Origin: Dehalococcoidia bacterium
GTDB lineage: Bacteria; Chloroflexota; Dehalococcoidia; Lucifugimonadales; JAAXIE01
Length of the DNA stretch: 64,000 nt
Direction: 5' to 3'
Assembly: GCA_965263155.1 (NCBI GenBank)
Contig: OZ253586.1
Span: forward strand, 2,091,002-2,155,001
The notes under the pieces were generated by a model. It was not told where the DNA came from, ran no database searches, and saw only the letters and a program-made list of their open reading frames with translations. Position 1 is the stretch's first letter, and each line of letters starts with the position of its first letter. This document shows positions 48,805 through 56,238 of the stretch, piece by piece. The position numbers and the translations under genes are program-made.

Positions 48805-49830
48805 TCAAGGGAGGTGCTGATGGAAAATGCCAATCAATATTCTTCCGTCTGTCCCTTCATCGCCGATATGGAAATGGATTCGGTTCCGGTGTGCCTCCAG
48901 TTTCGAGTGCCATTCGCACCGATATACCCGGCCCCCGAATTCGGCGTCGCGGTATCGCATCAACGTCTCGCTCGTCCGAATGTTTCCTTCAATACTAACA
49001 TCAATTCCTAGGCGCATAGAAATGCTCATTGAGGAACCAAGTTCAGCTCTGTACAATTCGAGAAACCTATCATTGATCAACGATAGGTGACGAACCACCT
49101 CGGGACGCCTGTTGACATACGCACCTCCGAAGTGTCGAAAGTTTACAGTGGGTGCGAAAGCCAAGTCGGGAAACGCCTTCGCAGCGATTGCAAAGAACTC
49201 ACCCTCGGGAATATTTTCTACCTTGTACAACGTTCGATAAAAGGTTGGATGATCAGCCGGAGTTACAACAAACACAACGTCGACTAGTCTAGGTTGCGTG
49301 ATCTGATCGACAGCATGTGCACCACCGCTGAAGCGATGTCGTGCCGTTACAATTGCCATTCCACAGCCCGCCATGACCGTCTTGCGAGCCCAAGCTATCC
49401 CGAAGCTGTGGTGCGGCTCTTGATCTACTACGACCTCATCATCAATGACAGTGGTGGGGTTTTCATCCCAAGCGCCGCAGCGTCCAAGCAATCGCAGCAG
49501 GTGTGATGAGATGTCATGGTCGAACACGTCACCGTGGGCGAGTACATTGGCGACATCCTCTCCTTCCAAACAGGTGAGCGAACCCCAACCCGACAGAATA
49601 TCAACGCGTTCGCCGCCTTCAAGCAGCGCCTGTAACTCGCCGATCATGGATTCGACCTCTGCCTCTCGCTCACCTGCAGGTACACGATCCAGCATTAGAG
49701 AGTTCTCGTCTACAACGAAGCGGCACTTGGCCTTAGCCACGACGTCTGATCCTCGACAGTTCCGCAAGATCATGCTCGGCCTGATCAAAAAATCCGGATG
49801 GCCAAAGGTCGAGTGTTCCGGTATTGCCAA
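48805..49830 (-). CDS. unknown protein, third gene of the DUF262/ATPase operon
   Basis: The ORF is 341 aa. More likely starts are GTG 49740 (overlapping the ATPase stop in GTGGCTAA) or ATG 49773. The C-terminus is CEWHSKLEAHRNRIHFHIGDEGTDGRILIGIFHQHLP. No family recognised. Confidence 0.65.
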   Translation of the reverse strand: MAIPEHSTFGHPDFLIRPSMILRNCRGSDVVAKAKCRFVVDENSLMLDRVPAGEREAEVESMIGELQALLEGGERVDILSGWGSLTCLEGEDVANVLAHGDVFDHDISSHLLRLLGRCGAWDENPTTVIDDEVVVDQEPHHSFGIAWARKTVMAGCGMAIVTARHRFSGGAHAVDQITQPRLVDVVFVVTPADHPTFYRTLYKVENIPEGEFFAIAAKAFPDLAFAPTVNFRHFGGAYVNRRPEVVRHLSLINDRFLELYRAELGSSMSISMRLGIDVSIEGNIRTSETLMRYRDAEFGGRVYRCEWHSKLEAHRNRIHFHIGDEGTDGRILIGIFHQHLP

Positions 49831-50824
49831 GTGTTATCTCAGCGCTATCGCCTCCGCCAGGTCCAAGAAAATGGATTGCGACATCCTTTGCTGGGAGAAG
49901 ACGTTCGTTTGTAACAGCGAGACGGATGCCATTGAGAACGTGGTCGCTATGGGTCTCAATCACCACCTGAACGCCGGTAGCTGCTAGGCGGACCAGGAAT
50001 CTGCCGATCTGTGACTGTCCTGCTGGGTGAAGGTGCGCTTCGGGATTTTCAACGATGAATACGGAGCCAGCAGTGCTACCCAAGGCGGCGGCGATGATGG
50101 GGAGTGTGTAAGTCAGTCCAAATCCTACGTTTCCCGGCCGCGTCCACTCTGAGGTTACGTCCATGTCGCGAAAACGGAGTGTGGCGGCATTGGCTTGTAG
50201 AAGCCACGTCGCTTGCAATTGAACCGGCCGCACGATCGAGGATAACCATGCCTCAGACTGCGCCACAAGCGTTGCCGCTAGGCTGCTGCCGATACTGGAC
50301 GGATGGAGCAGCAGGTCTTGTACGCGATGGCGCGAGAAGCGGGCCAATACGTATGCAGTAAACTGACCTTGGACGCCCACATCCACGCGGTCGGCGGTGT
50401 CGCCGGGGACTTCGGAAAGGTCTCGCGGACCAACACGCTCAGCACACAAATAAGTGCCGACATACCAGTCTCGGCTGCCGGTTCGAGGATCTACGTCCAC
50501 TCGCTCTAGCGCGACACTGCGCTCAGCTTGCGGGATTTCCAACCGGAATATATCCGTGCCGGTATCCCCAGTTGCTATCACCTCTATGAGCTGCTCTGTC
50601 GCTCGGTGATTGAGCACGTCTTGGGCCTCGCCCAGTGCCAGTCCCAGACTTCCATTCAGCTGAACACGTGGGCCGGTGGTGGACGCGATCTCTGCAAGCG
50701 CGATCGCTTGTAGCACCGAACTCTTACCACAACTATTTACTCCAGTGATCACAGTCAATTGCCCGAAACGAAGTGCGATTTGTTCAAATGCCTTGAAGTT
50801 ATGAATCTCCAAAGAGCGAATCAT
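49733..50824 (-). CDS. ABC-type ATPase of the AAA_15/AAA_21 + DUF3696 class
   Basis: It starts MIRSLEIHNFKAF..LTVITGVNSCGKSSVLQAI (Walker A). It also carries VFIVENPEAHLHPAGQ (Walker B/D-loop) and VVIETHSDHVLNGIRL (H-loop, DUF3696-like tail). Confidence 0.85.
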   Translation of the reverse strand: MIRSLEIHNFKAFEQIALRFGQLTVITGVNSCGKSSVLQAIALAEIASTTGPRVQLNGSLGLALGEAQDVLNHRATEQLIEVIATGDTGTDIFRLEIPQAERSVALERVDVDPRTGSRDWYVGTYLCAERVGPRDLSEVPGDTADRVDVGVQGQFTAYVLARFSRHRVQDLLLHPSSIGSSLAATLVAQSEAWLSSIVRPVQLQATWLLQANAATLRFRDMDVTSEWTRPGNVGFGLTYTLPIIAAALGSTAGSVFIVENPEAHLHPAGQSQIGRFLVRLAATGVQVVIETHSDHVLNGIRLAVTNERLLPAKDVAIHFLGPGGGDSAEITLGNTGTLDLWPSGFFDQAEHDLAELSRIRRRG

Positions 50825-51981
50825 CCGCTGATTGCCTCCATGATGATGGCCCTTGTCTTCTCGAATCTAGTATGGACAGAGACACTATCTCCTGTAGCAG
50901 ATGATACAGAACCAATGTAGGTAGCATCTCTAGTCATGACCTCGCGGGCAGATCGACAAATGTCGTGCTTTGATTTAGTGACAGCATCAGCCTCGGCTTT
51001 TGCAAGTTGTATGGTCCAAGCTTCGAAGAGCGCTCGATTGAATGGGTTTCGGCGCTCACTGTTCGTCGGCCATTTGCGGAATGCGTAGTCGCCAAATACG
51101 TCATGTGCGAGATCCAATCCGCGTGCGAACGCCGCAGAGATGCCAGCAAGAACACGGTCATCGAGTACCGTTGGATCGTCAATGTCTCGGGTTGCCTGGA
51201 GAAGAAAACTGTCTAGTGTATTGTCTTTAGAATACTTGTCTGGCGTCAGGTGCCAGAAAGCCGTGAATCGGAGTGCGATCTCTTGGTCAACCATTCGTTT
51301 GTGGTTGCGCATTGATACTGGAGTAGCTTTCTCGAAGGCGGGCAACGCAACTAGCTGCTTCAAGAACATCCGACTCCTTTTCTTGGCGACGCAATGTCGG
51401 ATCTCTTGGCCAGTGAGTGGCGTACCTCCAGTATTGATTCGTCGGAAGATATCGTACATCACATCAGGAGGAGTCGTTGGCGCGATTACATGAGCGACAA
51501 TTTGCGTATTGTAGATACGGCGCTTCCAGACAATGGGTAGATCATCGAAACGTTTGCCCTTGACGTCAGCGAGGTATTCGAGGCCATTGAGGGGAAATCC
51601 TCCCTTGCCATTACTACCGCCGGTGACAAAGTCATTTACGGTTGATAGTCGTTGGACGCCATCTACGACCTGTAGCATCCCTTCAGCGTCTTCGGCAAAG
51701 TAGAAGGCCGGAAGTGGTATTTGCAATAGTATTGACTCAATCAGTTGGGCTCTCTGGACCGCCTTCCAGACTTGCAAGCGCTGGAAGTCTGGGGCGAGGT
51801 CCAGACTCCCGTCGGCGATGAGATCGATCATGTTTCGAAGCGAAAAATTGTTCGTGGCGACTCGAATGCTCTCAGGATCCCAAGGACGTTCGATATCCCG
51901 AAACTGGGGGTCTTCGGGTTCGATCTGTAAATCGTCGGAGCCTGGTTGGTCAATAGTGTCTTGGGAGTCCGTCACGCGCAT
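50821..51981 (-). CDS. DUF262 (ParB/Srx-fold, GmrSD-N-like) protein
   Basis: LAPDFQRLQVWKAVQRAQLIESILLQIPLPAFYFAED...LQVVDGVQRLSTVNDFV matches the DUF262 core (FQR..vW......LI.Si....piP.....e.....v.DG.QRl.T...f). It lacks an obvious DUF1524/HNH tail. It overlaps the ATPase gene by 4 bp (ATGA). Confidence 0.85.
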   Translation of the reverse strand: MRVTDSQDTIDQPGSDDLQIEPEDPQFRDIERPWDPESIRVATNNFSLRNMIDLIADGSLDLAPDFQRLQVWKAVQRAQLIESILLQIPLPAFYFAEDAEGMLQVVDGVQRLSTVNDFVTGGSNGKGGFPLNGLEYLADVKGKRFDDLPIVWKRRIYNTQIVAHVIAPTTPPDVMYDIFRRINTGGTPLTGQEIRHCVAKKRSRMFLKQLVALPAFEKATPVSMRNHKRMVDQEIALRFTAFWHLTPDKYSKDNTLDSFLLQATRDIDDPTVLDDRVLAGISAAFARGLDLAHDVFGDYAFRKWPTNSERRNPFNRALFEAWTIQLAKAEADAVTKSKHDICRSAREVMTRDATYIGSVSSATGDSVSVHTRFEKTRAIIMEAISG

Positions 51982-52422
51982 CTCCTCTCTCTACAACTCA
52001 AGGGTATCATCCCGGGATTCCCCGTGGCTGGCCTCAGGGTTGGAAGGTAGGTAACATGGCGGCATCATAATAAACTGCTCTTTCGATGTCGGTCAAACTC
52101 CCAGATCTTCAAACGGAAGACACGACTCCAGTGGCAAACCACCCTTGTTGTCCAGTTGATAGTCATTGCGGTCCGCCACACACGTTTTTGAGCCCCTCAA
52201 AGGGAATATGGCTCTGCGGGAGCCTCCATCTCTCTCTCGTGAGGATCTCCCCTCCCGTAGCTAGGGACCGAACAAAATCTGCCGATTGGTTCCAGCACTC
52301 CGCGAAACGGCACTTGGCGCGGCCACCTGAGCGAGTTGGAAGACTAATCCCACCAACGTGCACGGTGGACAGAACCGTCTTCCAGATGTGGCTTGGTGGG
52401 TTGCGAGTCTGCCGACGCGCTA

Positions 52423-53074
52423 ACACGCTGCGGAAGAATGGGTTTTCGCAGTCAGACGTGTCCAGTCTGAGTGGCGGCGACGTCCTGAGTGGGCCGGAAC
52501 GTCGGTCTGGGATCCACGGGCATGATTCAGGTGGGGATCAGCAAGGGCTAGGAGGGCCCGTCAGACCTTGCCGGCGCACTGCCACGCTCAGGGGAGCGAG
52601 TCCGACCGGCCCGAGCCCTCTCATACGACACCAGGTTAGCCATCCGCACCAGGTTGTAGGCCGTAGCCACCAAGTACTCAGCCAGCCCCGTCCGTTCAAT
52701 ACCCCGGTACCGTGTCGGCCGTAGTCCCCCCACCGCCTTCATCCACCCGAACACCTCCTCCACACGCCTGCGGACCTTCTGGCTCGCCCTGTAGCCAGCG
52801 TGCCGTGTGGTGCGTCCGTCTATCGCCGAGTGTGTCCGCCGCGCCACGTGAGGCGTCACCCCCCGGTTGCGCATGGTCCCGACACACTCCCGGGTGTCGT
52901 AGCCCTTGTCAGCTTCCAACGTCTTGGGACGGTATCCCCGCTGCCTCGCATCGTCGAGCATCACGGGTACTGCTTCCCGCTCCGCCCTACCCGTGGCCCT
53001 GCTCACCATGAAGTCCATCAGCAACCCGTTGCCGTTCCTATCCTATCCCATAAATTTATTTTTCAGCAGCCTGC
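52423..53074 (-). mobile_element. IS5/IS1182-like deletion derivative (IRR end + 3' half of the transposase + a second IR-like end)
   Basis: It begins with IRR ACACGCTGCGGAAGAATGG at 52423. ORF 52548..53024 is the C-terminal 158 aa of the transposase. Homology stops at about 53037. A 25-bp ATAAATTTATTTTTCAGCAGCCTGC end follows at 53050-53074. Both ends abut TA. Confidence 0.85.
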
Positions 53075-53089
53075 TAATGGTATCTCTCC

Positions 53090-53692
53090 CGTATAGGCGG
53101 GGCGCAAGGGGCATTTGTCAGAGATAGTGGGTGGGTTAGGGCGGCTCGGCGCTCGGTGAGTACTACCCTGCGGGATATCCTCCTGGATTGAGGACCTGCA
53201 TGGCGGAACATCGCGGACGGTGAAGGTGGGGACGCCTCTGGTGGTGGCTCTGAGGGTGGTGGCGGCGGGGTCGTGTGCGCCGATTGCGGGTGGATGCGTA
53301 TGGGCGGTATTCGGGGTTCCGGGGGCAGGGCAGTGATGGGGCGGACACGTCGGGGGAGATGTTCCTGCGGGGGACGCATATCACGCAAGCGGACGGGCTG
53401 GTGGAGTTTGAGACGATCTATCTGGAGTGGTATCCGGGGAGGACGGCGCATATCCACTTCAGGGCGTCTACGGAGGAGGGGAGTCTGGTGTTGTCGCAGT
53501 TGTATTTCCCGGATGAGGTGACGGATGTGGTGTAACTCGGGGGTGCCGTATTCGTTTCGGAAGGACCGTGGGACGCGGAATGGGAATGATGGCGTGTTGC
53601 GGGGGGACCTGGGGGTGTTGATGGGGGATGTGGTGGAAGATGGGGAGGGGTGGGTGGTGGAGTTGGTTGTGGGGGTTGGGAGGTGAGGGGGC
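53090..53692 (+). pseudogene. intradiol ring-cleavage dioxygenase, decayed
   Basis: Pieces lie in three frames: GTPLVVALRVVAAGSCAPIAG; then VDAYGRYSGF....FLRGTHITQADGLVEFETIY..WYPGRTAHIHFRAS....SQLYFPDE; then PYSFRKDRGTRNGNDGV....VVELVVG. Confidence 0.6.
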
Positions 53693-53812
53693 TGACTATC
53701 CTGATAAACGCTTATTGCGCAGAAACGGCCACACAGACACAGCACGTACCATACTATGCTCGGAAAGTAGGCCGCCTCGAGACCCCCTACTGACTTCTGA
53801 GCACATAGGAAA

Positions 53813-55225
53813 TCACATTTTCTCTGTCATAGCCGCCTTAGCAATCCCCAAAGCCAGTTGATGGTTAGTGTCCTCATATTTCAACTGTCTAAGGGCTTCC
53901 ACGTACACTACGGGCGCCAAATCGGACGGGTTACCTGCTTGACTGGCCCATTCACGACATCTCTTGATGAACCCCGGGACGGGACATCCAGTCAGATACT
54001 CCTCAATGTTGAACCATGCTCCTGCCTGATCATTGGTTGGCCAAGTGTGTCTGCGGAAGGGGCTGTCGCTGTGGAACAGAACCGACAGCTCCAGGATGAT
54101 CGGGTCGATACAAGCTGGAGCAGAGCCGACGTTAGCGAAATCTATAACGACTGCTCCTTCCGACCCATTGCAAAGAACGTTAGAGCCGTGTAGGTCTCCG
54201 TGCTGATAGCTTGTTGTTATCTCCTGTTCAGTGCTCTCAAACTTCTCTATCGCACCGAGTGTTGCTTGATATTTGAGCAATCTGGAGTCACTAATTCGTT
54301 GCGCCCGCAGGTCATGGATACTGTGAGGTGTAGGTTCACAGAATTTGGTCCAAGGCTCAAAAAGGGCTTGGAGTCTTTCAACGATGGCCATAGCAGCGGC
54401 CTCGTCCTGAGCCAAGAGGGTAAACAAGCTCTGAGAATAATCTTCTGCTAGCTGGTAACACAGTGCTTCTCGTTTCCCGATACCCGCTTCGAGCTCGCGA
54501 TTCAACGCTGGATATGTCCCCATCTTGAGGAGCGGACTCACGTAAGAGCGGTAATTTTGCCTTTCAGCTTCTATTTTCGCTCGCACGTCGATTTTCATAA
54601 AGTAATTGGCGAGTGTGCGCCCTCGATCATCCGCAACCCTTAGCTTAAGGGTCTGGGCGCCTGACAGCCCACCCAAAGTACTACCTTCAACACTAGTGCC
54701 GTGATGTGAGCGGGCCACGAGTTGCAATGCTCGATTGTCAATATGGTCAAGACCACTACCACCATCCGATAGCTTTATATCGATAAGTTCCAACAGTGCT
54801 AATTCGGCGTTAAAGTGTCTGACTCTCTCCACACACGACAAGAATTCGTCTTTAGGTAGCAGGTGGGTCATGGGGTACCGCTCATCGGTCCCAAAAATGT
54901 TCTGTGTTCCTCCAGTAGAGAGCCTCTCTACAACATTTCCGCTTGTGCCAAAGCCGGTAAAGAACAAGCAAGGTGTACCTGGCGTGCAGTTCCTTATCTC
55001 AGCATGCACCGCGAGCCCATGTTCCTCAAAGATGTCGAGACCTCCATCTTGAGGAGGCAGACGCAAGTCGCAAATGATGAAATCGAATTCGTGCTGTTCA
55101 AGTTTCTCGACGGCACTCGAGCGGCTTCTTGCGATAACTATGGCTATGCTTGGCTCTAGGGTGGACAGACGTGCGCGTAGCCTGTCGACGACACCCGGTT
55201 CATCCTCAACGAGGAGGAGTTTCAT
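53813..55225 (-). CDS. response-regulator receiver domain fused to an aminoglycoside-phosphotransferase/protein-kinase-like fold
   Basis: 470 aa. The receiver (REC) part reads MKLLLVEDEP..FDFIICDLRLP..CLFFTGFG. The kinase-fold part has ANYFMKID (Lys), YQHGDLHGSNVLC (catalytic loop) and AVVIDFANVG (DFG equivalent). Confidence 0.85.
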   Translation of the reverse strand: MKLLLVEDEPGVVDRLRARLSTLEPSIAIVIARSRSSAVEKLEQHEFDFIICDLRLPPQDGGLDIFEEHGLAVHAEIRNCTPGTPCLFFTGFGTSGNVVERLSTGGTQNIFGTDERYPMTHLLPKDEFLSCVERVRHFNAELALLELIDIKLSDGGSGLDHIDNRALQLVARSHHGTSVEGSTLGGLSGAQTLKLRVADDRGRTLANYFMKIDVRAKIEAERQNYRSYVSPLLKMGTYPALNRELEAGIGKREALCYQLAEDYSQSLFTLLAQDEAAAMAIVERLQALFEPWTKFCEPTPHSIHDLRAQRISDSRLLKYQATLGAIEKFESTEQEITTSYQHGDLHGSNVLCNGSEGAVVIDFANVGSAPACIDPIILELSVLFHSDSPFRRHTWPTNDQAGAWFNIEEYLTGCPVPGFIKRCREWASQAGNPSDLAPVVYVEALRQLKYEDTNHQLALGIAKAAMTEKM

Positions 55226-56238
55226 TTTCCTGCAGCCTCACGAGGCCATCGCACTTCGCATGAGACTCCAGACTCAGCCCGCGGGGTAAGGCGAAGTGAC
55301 CCGCCCATGGACTGTATGGCTCTTTGAGCTATGGGAAGTCCCATTCCAAGATGGCCCTCGTCCTTGGACTTAGTGCTAGTACCCAACTCGTTGACGCGAT
55401 CCGCCCCGGGTGGAAGCCCACATCCTCGGTCGAGGACCACAACCCAGTTATCGGTATTTGTCATTCCCCAGTTTAGAATGATGGGACGCTGGCTACACTC
55501 ATGAACCTCAAGCGTAGCCTCAATAGCATTTCGAAGCGCGTTTGCTAAAGCAATCTCAATCAACGCTGGATCTCCCATCGTCACCACGGGACCTTGTCCA
55601 CCCAGCGATAGCTCTACTACCGGCTGCTGGGTTGTGGTGTCGGCATCATTTTCGAGACCGAAGTTCCGATTTTCTTCCTGTTCAAAGGCATCTAAGGTCG
55701 CCCGGCCGTGGCGTACCTCATCAGTTGCAACTCGTACGACAAGGTCGGTGAGATTGAATTCCTGAATAAGCGGTGCCGTAGAGGCTTTTCGAAGTCGCTG
55801 TATTGTGTCTAGAAACGACCGCGCTCGACCGACCGATTGTTTGGTTGCGCTGCATTCATAATAGGCTATTTCTCGCTCAGCAGCGTCGTCTATAAAGCCA
55901 ATTAGAGGTCGCAACTCATGGAGGAACATCGCCGATGTTTCTTCGATCGCTTGGGCACGAATTTCTTCGTGGGCTTGAACATCTGGCAACGAATCGACGA
56001 CCACTTTGGCCGCGACTGGAAGCTCGGATGGCGAGGTCATCGCTGAACGTTTTAGGGCCCTATCAAGAGCTTGCTGCACCCAAGAATTAGGTTCAATAGC
56101 CCTAGCTTTCGATACCCTGTAACGACAGGCTGGTGTCGCGTTACGCGCGAGGAAGCGTGCAGCTCGAAGACGCTCGCTCGGTGCCGCGGCAGGCACCCGC
56201 TCTAGGACAGCAAGAGCTTGATCATTATCCATGGCCAT
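55222..56238 (-). CDS. soluble histidine kinase (no TM segments)
   Basis: The H-box is FLHELRPLIGF, the N-box is LANALRNAIEA, and the G-boxes are VVLDRGCGLP and GHLGMGLPIAQR. A helical N-terminal region of about 90 aa precedes them. The start is ATG 56238 or 56232, overlapping the ATPase stop. The stop overlaps the RR start (ATGA). Confidence 0.85.
   Translation of the reverse strand: MAMDNDQALAVLERVPAAAPSERLRAARFLARNATPACRYRVSKARAIEPNSWVQQALDRALKRSAMTSPSELPVAAKVVVDSLPDVQAHEEIRAQAIEETSAMFLHELRPLIGFIDDAAEREIAYYECSATKQSVGRARSFLDTIQRLRKASTAPLIQEFNLTDLVVRVATDEVRHGRATLDAFEQEENRNFGLENDADTTTQQPVVELSLGGQGPVVTMGDPALIEIALANALRNAIEATLEVHECSQRPIILNWGMTNTDNWVVVLDRGCGLPPGADRVNELGTSTKSKDEGHLGMGLPIAQRAIQSMGGSLRLTPRAESGVSCEVRWPREAAGK

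Noticed and set aside
53074-53745. 223-aa P-rich minus-strand ORF and the G-rich tract at about 53590-53695
   Set aside because: It is antisense to the dioxygenase pseudogene. The G-rich run encodes the Gly/Val-rich dioxygenase tail in the plus frame. There is no need to invoke a separate gene or G-quadruplex element.
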